Of a stretch of DNA of 64,000 bases, positions 13,071 to 27,394 are shown one piece after another. Below the pieces are notes generated by a model that was not told where the DNA came from, ran no database searches, and saw only the letters and a program-made list of their open reading frames with translations. Each line of letters begins with the position of its first letter. Position 1 is the stretch's first letter. The translations under genes and the position numbers were made by a program. This stretch comes from Camelus ferus (taxonomy: Eukaryota), in the NCBI RefSeq assembly GCF_009834535.1, contig NC_045697.1:63428001-63492000 (forward strand), in the 5' to 3' direction.

Positions 13071-13922
13071 TTTACAGAAGGGATATTTCTAAGTTTAAAG
13101 TAAGAAAGTCCTATATATTAGAAGTAATACAAAGCACTCAACCCTTTGTACTTCATTTCTAAATGTGAGAGCAGAAATACATTTTAAAAATAAATTCTCT
13201 ACTTTGATGAAGAATAAAGTTTAATATTCATTCCTAGAAGGCATGCTATTTATTTTATACCCTCGAGTATTCAGATGAGCTCATATATCAGATTTCTTTT
13301 ATGAAAAATAATTAATGGAAACGTTAACTAGTTACGAGGGAGGAGTAAATATAATGAATTTGTCTTAAGGGAAAACTGGTAAATATAATAAAACATTACT
13401 TGGAAAAGAGAAATATGTAATAAATTCTGTAACCATAAGTCTTTTGGTATCTTTTTATCAGGAATACACCACAGTATATTCTTCTTTAATTCCCCAAACC
13501 TCCTCCTGTGAATTAACCTGGTAACCTCCTAAATACAATCTCCACTGAAGGAACAATGTTTAATCATGTTAGGTCCTGGGGAAAAAAAAAATCTCACTGT
13601 GAACAAAGCACTGTTGATATTTTACTCTTTGTATGTTATAACATCAAAATACTAAGTAGTTTCAGTTTATTTTGTCTAAAAACACCATAGTAGAAAACAT
13701 ATTTGGAGACTCCGGGAGAGAGGAGTCAGATAGTGGTGTTACCTCATACATCATCTGTTGTATATCCTGCATAGATTGAGATTTTTTATGAGTTTTTATT
13801 GCCAATTTTCATTTATTAAATTTAATGGTCTTTTTTTATTATTAGAATTCACTTTTTTGGATATTTCAGAAAGAGCCCCAAACAGTATAGTCTGCATTTT
13901 TGCTCAGTTGTTGACTGGGCCA

Positions 13923-14720
13923 CTTCATTCATTCATCTGTTGATGAATCAATTTATAAAAGACCTACCATGTGCTTGATAACTTTCTGGACACTGGTGCT
14001 TCAATATAAACAACACAGACTGAATTCCTGCTTTTATGGTGTTTGGATTTTAGTGAGGAGAGGTAGACAATAAACAAATAAATATATAACATGTCAGGGA
14101 GGGGTGATAAATGCTATACTGAAAAATAAAGCAGGATAGAAAGTGACTTTGAAGTGTGTTGCTGTTTCAAAAAGGGTGGTCAGAGACGGTTACTCTGATT
14201 AGGGGATATTTTAGCAGAGACTAAAATGAAAAAAAGAAGTAAGCAGCTCATCTATCTATGGGAAGAGGGTTGAAGACAACAAGTGCAAAAGATATGAGGC
14301 AGAACACTTGCGGTTTTTAGGATGGGCACGAGTGCCATTGTGGCTGGAGCAGAGTGAATGAGTAGACAAGTAATGCAAGATCAGGTCAGAGAGAAACCAG
14401 ACCATGAAAGACCTAGGCCCTTGGAATCTTACTTTGCATGAGATAGGAACCTATTGGAGTGTTCTGGGAAAAAAAATGACATAATCAAACTTTATTTTAA
14501 AGCCATTATTGTGACTTCTGTGCAGATATAGGCAGCAAGAGGCCATGATAGAAGAAGGAATGCAAAGCTCCTAAAGGTGAGAGGTAGAGTGATAAAGGAA
14601 GAGAGGGTAAGCACTGGTTGGATTTTAGGCGTGTTTTGACTGTGAGTCAGCAGGATTTGTTAATAGATTGTATGTGGAATATCAAAAGAGAGCAATGTCA
14701 AAGATTATCCCTGATTCTTA
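13923..14720 (-). mobile_element. L2 LINE 3' fragment
   Basis: Starts with (ttca)n, then acctaccatgtgc, gtggctggagcagagtgaatgag and gtcaaagat, all typical of antisense L2. Confidence 0.8.
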
Positions 14721-14814
14721 AACTCTCTACATTTTCCAATTCTTACCTCTTTTTGCTGTCTTTCTGATGTTGCAAATAAGTAGATATCATGATGTAGAGA
14801 TTAATGGAGTTTTC

Positions 14815-15009
14815 TCCATACGTGCACATCCCTGGTGTCTCATCTTCTTACAATGACACCAGTCATGTTGGATTAGTCTCCCCACCCCTGGGAGCATCAT
14901 TTTAACATTTCTTTGAAGACCTTGTCTCTAAATATGGCTACATTCTAAGATACTGGGAGTTGAAACTCCAACATGTGAATTTTGAGGGGACAAAATTCAA
15001 CCCATAACA
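14815..15009 (-). mobile_element. MLT1A/B-like MaLR LTR fragment
   Basis: gacaccagtcatgttggattag...aacatgtgaattttgagggggacaaaattcaacccataaca. Confidence 0.75.
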
Positions 15010-18000
15010 GATAGACAGACTCAAGACTGCTATGTTAACTCTTTCCTCCACACAAGGCCAACCTTAATTCAAGGGAAGGAAAAATAAATTGTACCTCGCC
15101 ATGGGGAATGCCAAAGATTTGGGGCAATTTTTAATCTACCATATAAATATGTGATATTTTATTAATCCAGTTTTCAGATATTATTTTATTAAATTCTCAG
15201 TCATGTGTGAGGAGTTTGGATTTGAGGGAATGTAGAAGGATAAGAGGTTTTCTTAAATGTTTGTATATATTCATCAGTGTGCTCATTTGAATCTGTTTTC
15301 CAATGCTATTTTAATTTCCATTAAATTTGGAAACTTTATTTAAATGTCACCTGTATTTGAATTAACTTACAATTCTTAAAATCTTGTGATTGAGAGTATC
15401 AAAGAATTATGGTTTTTAAAAGTACTTTACTAAATTCTCAATTATAAGCGCTGAGTAAAATTGAAATTGAAATAACAACTAACAAACAATACTTATCATA
15501 TTATGCTTATATAGTGTTATTTTATGATAATTTTTTTCCTTCTGATTCTGTCAAGGTAAATTTTGAATAAACATTATACCTATTATTTGACTTTTGTAGA
15601 CAACATGACTAATATATGATAAATACTCATCTGAGAGAAAAATAATAATTATATATCCTAATAAAACAAAGTTATTTTTACATAAATTAAACACAAAACA
15701 AATTTTGCTTAATTTATGTTAAAAGATATGCAATATCTTTTATCTTTTAGTCATAATAGACCTCAGGGAAGAACAATTTAATGGAAAAAAATAAATAAAT
15801 ACTTTCATGTTGCCTGCTAGCTTCATATTTCTATCCAAATCCTTCTCACACACTGTCCAGATGATTTCAAGGAGGCATGTACAAGATAATGGAACTTATC
15901 AACATTAATACATTCTAAAAATAATGACCTACCTCCTCCCACCCCATCCTCAGCTCACATATTCATTTTCTTCCTTAAGTTTGAATTTCAGTGAGTTTCT
16001 TCATTGTTGCATAGGTTGGTGCCTTAGATTTCTCCTAACTTTTTGAGTTCTCCAAGTAGTAATGATGTAAAACTTTCTTTGTAAGAAGGTTTATTTTAGC
16101 ATGCTTTCAAGAGCATTGAGCCATACTCTGCTTACTTTAATCTGAGTCCCTTTGATATATTTAGTGAAAAAAATTTACTCAGCATCTGTTAGAGATGAAC
16201 TTGGAAAATTGAATTCAAGGATCCACTTTTTATATCAATGAGTTAAACAGAACCCACAGAAAAGTACAGGATACATAGGTTTGAATTGTATTCCTTAACT
16301 GGCAAAAGTGAAGATTTCATAGGAAAAGCTTGGTGTACAGAACACGAGGGGAGAGAATTCAGGTACAAAACATGGAAAGACATGTCTGAATTCATTTGTA
16401 TGTAAAAGATAGGCTATTGAATTATTTCTGGCAAAATCCCAAAGCCAATAAAAGCCTTGAAATTTTGGGAAATATAAACAACTTCATGTGTTTCTTGAAA
16501 GAAAATTAACTGTAAGAGAGTGAGTCCTTGTGACCTCAGCCTTGGTTTGGGGGACCTACTTCAGAGTGGACTGCCATCACTGAAATATTTGTTCTGTCTT
16601 CCAACAAGATGCCAAAATAATTTTATTTGGAAACAGTTGAAGTCAGCAGTGTGCTCTGTTCCCCAGTATTTGTTGCTCCCAAGTGTCTAGAAAACAATGT
16701 GAGATAATAGCAGAGAAGGCAGTAAGTGCTCTGCTGACCAATATTAACAAGATCTCTTTTACCATCTAATGCAGACATCAGATAATGGAACTGGCTTGGG
16801 ATTAACACTATATTTAAGATAATGTCATTATTAATAATAACTTGGGCAACCAATTTCATGTATAGCACATGCAGTGTTTCTTATCTTAATGATAACATTT
16901 CATATAAACTCTGGATCATATGCATTCATTCTTTGTTGATTTTAAATATCATTTCTTGCCTTTCTTCAGAATTTACCTATAAATGTAAAGTATAATGTAA
17001 AACATTTTTCTTTAAATAAGAAATTACTAATCAAAGTAAATTCAGAGACTGTGATTCATCATTAACATGTCCATCTGAGATGGACCATGAATATGAGAGG
17101 CTATCAAAAGTGAACTCAGGATGAATCTAGTTTATCTGGCAATGACTTCCATCTGTTCTATCTTGGAATCCTCTACTTACACGACAAGTGAATTTTGGAA
17201 GCTGAATCATATCAGCTGTAAAATAAAAGGTGCATGGAATTAAGTAAAGTAATTCTACCATACATCAAATAATTTATAAATAATTGTATTTTCTTTGGTA
17301 ACTATATAAGGTTAAAGAATATCAGCTCTAAATGTTTTATAAAGACACTGGGCATCCATTGTTTTAATTATACTCTATGGAGATATTAAATGTCTGTGCT
17401 GACAGATGCAATGCAATGAGGAAAATAAGCAAACATTCTGTTCTAAAGTTTTTGTTGCACAAATTTAGCATTCCTTCAGTGTAGTTTTCATGCCACACAT
17501 AAATAATTTGTCAGAGATTCTATTATCTTTAGTGATTCTTCTGGGCAAAATTGGCATATTGATGACACAAATTAAAAGTTGCCTAGTAATTATGAAAAAT
17601 CAGAAAATGCTATTTACCCTTTCCTATAGTAAAAATATTCTTAATTGCACATGGGAATATATGAACATCACTTTACAATACATTCCAAAAGAGATCAGGA
17701 AAGGTACAATGTGTTTTTGCAGGTACTTTTATCCTCTTTGATAGTGGCTGAGCCATAACACAAGAAATTGGAAAGGGAGCAATTGCCAGATGGACATTAG
17801 ACTCTAATCAACAGCCTAATAGCAATGATTATAAAGATAGATGTAATTTGAATATTCTATGTGACCACTGATGTCAGAGTCTCAGCTAAGGAAATTCTGT
17901 TTTCTTCTAAGTTCTTGTATTATACTTCAGCAGTTAGCTTACATCTGTACTGGGACATGCCCTTTTTCTCAGGTAATCTCTTTGACTCTAGTAAATCTGA

Positions 18001-18887
18001 CAAGAAACCCTTATCTCAGGAGATGTGACAAACACTGATAATGTTGGCTTAAACCTGTTATATTAAAATTTTATTAGGTATATTTTTTATTAAAACTGAA
18101 GATCCACTTAAAGTAGTTAGGCTCTGCTTAACAAGAAAGTTTTTGGCAGCAATATTTGAGCTGACAGTTTTTAAAAAACTGAAGCAGAATTGTTAAAGCA
18201 TAATTAAGGGTAAAGGAATTAAGCTCATTTTTCTCCCTTAAGGGTCTTTGCCAGCCAATAGAAACTTTGGCAACAAAGCCAAGTAGAAAAATGGAGCCAT
18301 GTCAGTTGCTACGCCACCTTAAAGAGAGATTGGTCGTAATTTCTGGTAATAATGCCCACAGGAGTAAAGCCGACTGTAGTCTATCCTCTTGTGAACATTA
18401 GCTGTTTTTCTCCTTCTCTTTCTTGCTCTTCCTTTGGGCCTTAGTCACTTATTGATAATAGTTCACTACTGTCATTTCTCACTATTTCTGTTATTTTCCT
18501 GAAATGTGGTGAGTCATTCAGAACAATTAACAAACATTTATTGAGGTCCCACTATGTGTAAGACCTTATGTAAAAGTATTGGGGCAGAAATAGTTTATTC
18601 TGACTGTAGAAAGTGACAGAATATTATAATGCTGGTTGTATTTGAACATGACCTGGAAAAGTGCAAAGTATTTCAAAGTATTTCGAAAGTGCAAAGACGG
18701 GATTGAGGAAAGGGAAGTGTCATGAGCCAAGGTCTTAAGTTAGACCACAGAGGTCTAGAAATTAGAAACATTCAGTTGTGTGGCCCATGCGGTAAGGAAA
18801 AGGTTGTTTGGTGTGAAGCACATTACATGCTTTATCAAGAACTTAGACTACCTTCTTTAGGCAGTGAGGTCCAGGAAGCAATAGTTG

Positions 18888-19258
18888 CGTCTTAGTCTAT
18901 TCAGGATGCTCTAACAAAGTACCATAAACTAGGAAGTATGTAAACAACAGAAATGTATTTATTACTCACAGTTCTGGAGACTGGGAAGTCCAAGATCAAA
19001 GCATTGGCATATTCAGTGTCGGATGAGGGCCCACTTCCTGGATAGTGTCTTTTTGTCTTTTCCTTGTAGCCTCACATGGTGAGAAGAGCAAGGGAGCCCT
19101 CTGGGGCCTTTTTTGTAAAGGCCTTCATCCCATTCCTCAGGGCTCTGGCCTCATGACTTAATCCCCTTTCAAAGGCCACATGTCCTAATACTCTCACTTT
19201 GGCATGTTAAGATTTCAACATATAAAGTTTGAGGGGACACAAATATTCATATGTAGCA
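18888..19258 (-). mobile_element. Complete MLT1A-type MaLR solo LTR
   Basis: cgtcttagtc...gaggggacacaaatattcatatgtagca, with a perfect 5-bp TSD agttg at 18883-18887 and 19259-19263. Confidence 0.9.
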
Positions 19259-19615
19259 AGTTGAGCAAATTTTAAGATGCAAAATGAAGAAAATTTTATA
19301 ATTCTTCTTGAACTTGATTTCCACAGAATGGGTTCTGACCTTTATTTGAAATTTGTCAGTTCCTAGAATATCAAAGGGAACTAATCAAATATAAATTATA
19401 TGAAATATGAAGAGTTTTCATATTAGCCACATTATTATTAATTACCTGCATCTGTACATGCAGGTGCAGATCTGCTCATCACATTGGATGAAAAATTGCC
19501 TATATTTATATTAAAATATAGAGTTTACAGGTGATCTAGGCTATCATAAATATATACTAAAAGGTCTATATATTTCTATTTATCTAATTGTTGTATCTTA
19601 AAAGATTGTAGTTAG

Positions 19616-20093
19616 TGTGTTAAGTTTATTTTGCTGCTATAACTAATTACCACCAACTTCATAGCTTAAAACAATTCATATTTAGTATCCTATAGTTTTG
19701 GAAGTCAGAAGTCAGAATTAGGTCTCTCTAAACTGGAATCAAAGTGTTGGTAGAACTGAGTTCTTTCTGGAGGCTCTAAAGGATAATCCATTTACTTAGG
19801 ATTTTGAGCACCAAGAGTTTGCTTGCATGCCTTGGCTCTTTGCTTCTTTCCATCTTCAAAACCAGCAGAGGCCCATCAAGTCTTTCTCATGCTGCACCAC
19901 TTTGATTCTGACCCTTCTACCTCTCCCTTTGACATATAAGGACACTTATGATTTCAGTGGGTCCCCACGGAACCCAGGAAAATCTCCCTGTTTTGAAGTC
20001 AGGTGATTAGCTACGTTTATTTCATCTGTAGCCTTAATTCCCCTTTGCCTAAACATCATTAGAGGAGGAAATGGCATTATTCTCCCTAACACA
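19616..20093 (-). mobile_element. MLT1D-like MaLR solo LTR
   Basis: TG...CA ends, gctgctataactaattaccac and ttctttctggaggctcta motifs; degenerate TSD gttag/gtttg. Confidence 0.85.
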
Positions 20094-21089
20094 GTTTGTA
20101 ATAACACATGGGTAAGATCTGGGTCTTATTCCTGACACAGGAATCTTTTTGTTCCTAAGCTTTGAGTTGATTATTTAAATAATTAGAATGCACATTCTTC
20201 TTTTTCTCTCAACTGTTAATTGGTTAGTGTATTAATACAGAGTGAGAGGTATCCATTGTACTGAATTACACAAGCTATTTCCTTTACCTTTAGTTCTTTG
20301 TCTGGCAAACTTCTAATCCTCACTTAATGCCCAACTAAATGCCACCCGCCTGTGAAAATTCTTCCCCAAAGTCCAATCAGTACTTTAATCCAATATCTAA
20401 TATGGAACTATACAATTCTAATATAAATATGTTTATTTACAGTCTTCCCCAGCAAATATAGATATTAATAAATAATGATTTATTTTATATTGTTTATATT
20501 CCCTATTTCAGTGCCTAGTGTAGAATTAATATATAATATACTAATAATAGATGAATGAGTGAATTGCTGAACAAATGAATGGTGAAAAAAACCTCACTTA
20601 AGACCTAATTTCTTTTCCAGTGTTTTATCCTATTAAAATCAAAATAGTCATTTTATTAAATTAGCCATTGATAAGCTAATATATATAACAAAACCTATCA
20701 AGCTATGCAAGTAGTATCAGCCTACCAAATTTTTTGTTGCTTGTCCTTTTTTCTTTCCCTGACAAAGCTAAACTTAGCTGGTACCAATACTGGACACAAA
20801 TTATCTGTATGAGACAAAGTTGCTGCTAGGGAATTCAGTACTGAATTGCCCTTGTTGTTTGTCAGGATCTCATCTTGTGTTCTGAAAATCTGGCCTCTGC
20901 TTCAGCTGGTATTTATCTGATAACCACTGTCTATGAGAGGACTGCATTCCTGCCAACTGCTATTTGGATTTACAAATATTACCTTTCCTGAGATTTTCTA
21001 CAGCCAAATGCTATATATATGTCCAGTTTCTCCAAATTAAAAGTCCTGAAAGCTGTCTACTTCTTTAAAGTATTTATCTTCAATACGCA

Positions 21090-21235
21090 AGATTATTGTC
21101 TCATTTACAGATAAGGACATTGAGGCTTGGAGCAGTTAATAACCTGACTAGAGGTCACAGTGCTGGAGAATGTCTCAGCTGGAATTCCAACTCAGGTTTT
21201 TTTTTTAATTCTAAAGACTGTGGCTTTAACTACAG
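21090..21235 (-). mobile_element. MIR SINE fragment
   Basis: catttacagataaggacattgaggcttggagcagttaat...aggtcacag...ggaattccaactcagg. Confidence 0.7.
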
Positions 21236-21969
21236 AAAGTCTACAGTGTATTTGTTTTAAGCATGATTCTGACTGTTCCTTGATTTTAGATGACTGAAGA
21301 GGGATTAAAAAAATACAAATAGAGGTAGAGATAGAAGAAGAGAGAAGAAAAGATGAGAGAAGTAAAGAGAGAAACAGAAAATGAAAAGGAAACAGAAGAG
21401 AAAAGATATTTTAAAAAATCCCCTCCATTCCCTAGATTTGACATTTATTGAGCTCATAATCCTAAGGTTATGTATTTCTGTTGTTAACAGACCCAATAAT
21501 TTTGAGTCGTCTTGTAATCCTGGAATAAAAGCCACTTGGAACATTGGTTAGTTTTCATAGAAGGGATTTTATTATGGGATATTTGACAATTTGCAAAATC
21601 TTGTGGAAGGTCAGCAAATGATGATCAGTTAGATAAGGACAAAATACCGTTAGAGAATCCTGAGTGGAAGGGATAAGCTATGCTGCCAGGGTGAGAGCAA
21701 GAAAGGGAAAAGGGAAGGGGACATGGGGTTTTCAGAATTTAATATGTAGGGGTTTTGTTTATTTTTTTGTTTTGGAAGAATGAGAAGTTGGGAATTGGTG
21801 GTGGGTGGTTAGTTTCAGGTACTTGTGTTTAGAGAAAATGAGGTTGTCTGAGAAGGGTAAGACAAGGTGATGAAGACATTTATCTTGTCATCCTAAACTT
21901 TCTTTTCCTCATTTTGCAGTTGAATACATTATTTTGTGTTTTAAAATTCTATCATTTTATTGTTTTTAC

Positions 21970-22690
21970 CTCGTGACCCCCTTCACCATTTCTCCCACCC
22001 CCTCACTTCTGGCAACCACTAACCTGTTCTCTGTATCAATAAGGTGTTTTTTTTTTTTAAATTAGCTTTAAGATGCAAGACGGATCATATGGTCTTTGTC
22101 TTTCTTTGTCTGACTTATTTCACTTAGCATAATGTCATGTTACAAATGGCAAAGTTTTATTCTTTTTATAGATGAATAATATTCCATTGTGTGTGTGTGT
22201 GTATGTGTGTGTGTATATATATATATAAATATATATAAAAAACACATTTTTTGTCCATATCCATCACTGAACACCTAGGTTGTTTCCATATATTGGCTAT
22301 TGTAAATAGTGCTGCATTGAATATGAGGGTGCATATATCTTTTTGGATTAGTGTTTTCTTGTTATGCTCTTTTTTTGATAAATATCCAGAAGTGAAACTG
22401 ATAAATTATATGGTAGTTCTATTTTTTTATTTTTTGAGGAATCCCCATACTGTTTTCCATAGTAGATGCACCAATTTACATTCCTACCAACAGTGCATGA
22501 AGTCTACCTTTTCCCCATATCCCTGCCAACACTTATTTCTTGCCTTTTTGATGCTAGCCATTCTAACAGGTATGAAGTGATATCCCCTTATTGTTTTGAT
22601 TTGCATTTCCCTGATGATTAGTGATGTTGAGCATCTTTTCATGTACCTGTTGGCCATCTGTATATCTTCTTTGGAAAAAATGTCTATTTA
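21970..22690 (-). mobile_element. L1 fragment (ORF2 C-terminus plus 3'UTR) with an embedded (TG)n(TA)n microsatellite at about 22188-22236
   Basis: ctggcaaccactaacctgttctctgtatc, gacttatttcacttagcataatg, ttggctattgtaaatagtgctgc and gatttgcatttccctgatgattagtgatgttgagcatc are canonical antisense L1 sequence. Confidence 0.92.
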
Positions 22691-25329
22691 TCTTAATTTA
22701 ACTACCTGTTTTCAGTAAGGTAAGCCCTCCCCCACATTTGCCTGGTTCTTAATTTATCTAATTTTCTTTCTGAAGAGAATAAACTTCTAGCTTCTGCTGA
22801 GGATGGGAGAAGTTGCCCAGCTGCATGGAATTTTTTCAGCCAGTCCTCTGGTTGTCAGCTCTATTTTTCTTCCCACTTTCATAGGTGTATAGCTTTTCCA
22901 AGATCCCACAGTAAAAGTAGGGTTGTTTGGGGATAGAGAGGCACATTGCTGGCTCACATTTCAGATTTCTGGTGTTTCTCTGCTTTCCAGTTTCCTTTTC
23001 CAGCTGTTGGCTACTCTCAAAGTGCTTAGATTTTACAATGGACTTTTTATCTTAAATATACCTTTTTTTCTACCTTCTGTTTAAAGACAGTATATATACT
23101 TATATAATATGGAGTTTTTATATTTACTTTTTATAGAATTTGAAGAATGTTAAAAACGAAGCTGAATACACTATGGTTGTACAATGTATCAAGCAATAAA
23201 TATTCAATTTTGTATGAATATTGGTAAAGGATAGGAGGCAATATTTACTTAGTCTGACAGGACCAAATATAACAGTTGGCATTACGAACTTTGCTTTAGC
23301 TTTTCTTCTTTCCTTGTCACACAGACTGTATTTATTAAGGTTTAAGAAGAAAGTCAATTAAAGAATTTGGAATTGTCTCCTCTTTGAAATATGTCTTAAT
23401 AAAGCCATTGTCTATTAGGAAAGCATCCAAACTTCATGAATAATCATTTCTATATTATGGGAAATATGCTGGAACTAACATGTTTTAATTCTGCTTAATT
23501 TGGTGCATGCAATGATTTGATAAAAGCTTCAGTGAAGTTCTGCAAAAATTAGTGCATAAACTCAGATGTATGTATGGAAAGATTCGTATGTTGTTCAAAA
23601 TTATTTCTAAGAGATGAGTATAAAGTACACTATAAAAAAGGGAGACAAATTCCATAAGCCACATGGTTTAATGTCATTTTGCAATCTTATGAGTTAGTTT
23701 TAAAGTGTTAGTCACAAATACAGAATGAGATTTATTAATGTACACAAAGTTCTGTTTTCAGTGTATTCATGTTGTATAATTAGGTTATTAGCTACATAAT
23801 TTAATACATTTTTATGTGGTAAAAACAGTTTAACTGTTAGCAGCTGCCTCTAAAATAGCTTTACACTTATTCAGATTTAAATTATCTATTGACTTGAGTA
23901 AGTAATTATAATTTTGTCCTAACACTATGTAACATATGGTGTTTACATTCTTCTCAAGAGCTCCTTGAGGGAGAAAAAAATACAGAAACATCAATATAAA
24001 GAGTGATTTAAAAACCAATGAAATATATGTACAAAGATTTATGGTAGTTAATAGGGTATTAAATAGTTGTTAAAGTATTTGAATTTGTCTTATTGGATTA
24101 TTGGGTTATGAGATTGTATTTTCAATTGTTTGCTAGGTGTTAGCATCTTTACATAACATTCGTTTTGCATAATCTGTTTTGTTAATTGAGGTTTATTTGT
24201 TTATTATTATCATAGAGTTCATGTTAGCGGTGTGTTCCTCTTTCAGAACAAAACATTGTTTTATGTCTGTGTGTATATTTGAGACTTTAACATATGAGGC
24301 AGCTAACCCAGTATTTTTTCAGTGAAAAAGTATAAGACATAAAATTAGTTTTAAGATAACATTAAAAGTTATAAACAAAGTCAAAATTCTAGTATATTTA
24401 AGTGTGTTTTAAAATGGGCCATGTTCCAAATGTTTGCTCAGAAGTTGTCTGTTTAGAATGTTGATCCTGTTAAACCACAAAGCATCTTTAAATCTATGGC
24501 TTATCTAAAAAAGGATAACTATAGTACAAGCTTTAATCTCTTGAGCACCTCAGATGGGTTAGACAGACTTCTAGGTGTTCCACATAGATTTTTCTCTGGA
24601 AAAACTCTGTAAATTAGACCAGGTGTCTTTAACCCCATTTTTCATAAGAAGAAGCTGAAACTACAGTCTTTAATATTCCTAATATTTCTATAATAAATGG
24701 TAGAGCCAGAATGATTTCAAAACCCATTATTTAAACTACTATGCCATATTACAAATTGTACCTTGAACTATACATAATTGTCTGTCTAATTCTGTGTCAT
24801 CTGTATTAATTGGATGAATACAGGGACTAGATCAGAGGACCTTTTATGACCACTCAAAGGATGTTTTCACTAGATAATTCAGTATCACAGAAGAGCATAT
24901 TATCATGATTGTTATTAACAAAACAATGATAAGTACTTAAAAATAAATCTAATAGTATAGTTCTTTTTTCAACTGCAGTTAACTCCTCTGTTTCTGTGGA
25001 ATAATTCATCACACAATTTGCTTTGGGATTTAAGAAGCATACTATCTTCTGAATTCACAGAAGAGGAGACTCTTTCCTCCCTAACCTTATCTAGATTGCT
25101 TCTAAGAGTTTAGATAAATGGAGGCTTAAAGTAATATGTTAATCTCTGTTTAAATCATCATAGATAATATTTACAATTAAAAAAATATGATACTCTAATT
25201 TCTAGTGATTCATTTTCAGCATTAGGGGCAGTTTTATCGTGGGGAGTGAAAGTTCTGTAGTCTAATTTCAAGTGATATTAACAGATTTGTAAATATTGAA
25301 TCGTCCTGGATCCCATCCTCCTCCTTACA

Positions 25330-26480
25330 GTGTCTTCTCTTCTCCACGTACATTCCCTCCATGATTGATCTCATACTATCTATGACCTGATGCCTCACAA
25401 CTATCAACTCCATCCCAGACTTCCCTGAGCTTCAGACTCTGATACACAAATGCCTACTCAATATCTCCAGTGGGATATTTATTAGGAATCTCCAGATTTA
25501 CAAAACCATTTAAAAAATTTGTTTCTTATCATATAATACCCTCATCACGGTCCTAAATCTATTTCTCTTTGAGTCTCCAAATCCCCCTTACAATTGCAAT
25601 AAATGATTTTGTTGACTCCATTGCTTAGTCCAAAAAGAAAAGAAAAATAATAGAATTTTATTTTTGATTCTTCTTTTTCCTTCTTATATCCATTCCATCC
25701 ATCAGTAACTAGAGCTCTGCCTTGAATATATATAAGTATATTCCAAATCTGTCCATTTCTTCTACTTACACCACCACTGCCACCACCACCATCATCATCA
25801 TCTCATCTCTCATCCAGACCATTGCAGTGGTTTCTTACAGGCCTTCCTGTTTCCACTCTTGTCCCCTCTATAATCTATTTTTCACAAGGAGCTAGAATTT
25901 TCCTTATAAAAGATATGTTGTATTGTGTCATTTCCCTACTTAAACTACTCCAAAGGCGTCCCATCAAACACAAGGTTAAAATGAAACTACTTGCTTTCAA
26001 ACCATGGTGGCTTTTCCCACCTCATCTCTGATTTCTCTTGCATGTTTTTCTAGCTTTGGCCATGTTGACCTTCATGTTGTTTCTTAAATAACAGCAAGCT
26101 CTCTCCTTCAGGACAGTTGTCCCAACTTTTCTTTTGTCTCCATTCTTCATTCTCAAGATTACCATATATCTCATTCCATCACAGCATTTAGGAATCTATA
26201 CCTATGTTGGCTCATCAGAAGAGCCTTCCCCGACTGTTTTGTCTAAAATAGCTGTCATATTCCAGCTCTTTTTCCGATTTATTTTACTTCATAGCACTTA
26301 CTATTTTTCAAAGTACAAAACCTTTGTCATCTGGCATGAAATTGTATTGTATTTAAAAGTAGTTTTGCTCAGTGGAATAGAAGGTCCGCACAGGCAGGGA
26401 CTTATTCACCAACGTTTCCCCAGCTCATGCAGCGATGACTAGCACAGAATGCCTATTTGATAAATATTTGTTAAATAGGA
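25330..26480 (+). mobile_element. L2 LINE fragment, containing a (CAC)n(CAT)n run at about 25770-25805
   Basis: tccctgagcttcagactctgatacacaaatgcctactcaatatctcc, ttaaactactccaaagg, and the 3' end gataaatatttgttaaat. Confidence 0.75.
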
Positions 26481-26666
26481 AAGGTATGGTTATTTCATAG
26501 CATGTTTTATTTTAACACATTTCTATGTCTATGACACACACATGTACCTAATTATATACACGTGTATGTACATATGTTATTCAGGGATAAGGATTTATTA
26601 TCATTGTTTATGTTAATAAAAATCATGACAATGTGCTCTGATACTGAATTATCTAAACAAAACCTC

Positions 26667-27142
26667 TATTGACTGAAAAAAAAACCCACAACATGAGAGT
26701 TGTGAGTCATGTTTTATTTTGAGAAAAATGAGCCCGGGAGACAACCTCCCAGATAGCTCTGAGAAACTGCTCTGAAAAGGTGCAGGGGGCAGGACTCAGT
26801 ATATGTGTGGTTTTGGTCAAGGAGGGTATGTGCAGTCAAGCACACATTTTCGCAGAAGGTTGCTGCTAGTCATGAGAAAGTTGATGTTAGTCATGAGAAG
26901 CAGATGTCTTTGTTAATAATTTTAGTGCTTTTCTAGATATGACAAGATGCAAGAATTTGGGCTCGTAAAATCTTCTCCTGAAGCTATCTATGTGAAGGCC
27001 TGTTCTGCCAGTTTTCCCAGAACACAGAGTACCTCATTCCTGATCTCCACCCTGAATTCCTTTCAGGGCATGTAGGAGGTCAGCGACTGCAGGGGCTGGT
27101 GACTTAATCTTGTAGAGGCAAAGTGACAATTTTTAGCTGGCA
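26667..27142 (-). mobile_element. MER41-like ERV1 solo LTR (artiodactyl/camelid type)
   Basis: cacaacatgagagttgtgagt...gagcccgggagacaacctcccagatagctctgagaaactgctc resembles the MER41 family; 4-bp TSD cctc at 26663-26666 and 27143-27146; minus-strand AATAAA near 26713-26719. Confidence 0.8.
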
Positions 27143-27394
27143 CCTCCTTTGAATGATCATAAATTTAATCTGGTCCTGGTTGGTTTTCATCCAATTAATA
27201 CGGGTGACCTAGAATTAGTCAAATAATTGTGTATAGCTGAAGGTAAAACCTTTTCTAAAAAAAGAGTTGAGTTTTTTTGATTTGAAGTAACTCATTTTTG
27301 TAAAGTCATTTAATACTCTCTCACACATCCCTTCTTTCCATTAACTGCATCTAATCTTTTTCTGACGTGAAAATCTTGGTAACATTCTTGGTAC

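Noticed and set aside
21305..21410. GA-rich tract with a hydrophobic minus-strand ORF
   Set aside because: Low-complexity purine run.
22251..22580. 109-aa ORF ([22 protein letters not shown]...)
   Set aside because: Antisense reading of L1 ORF2, a common spurious protein pattern.
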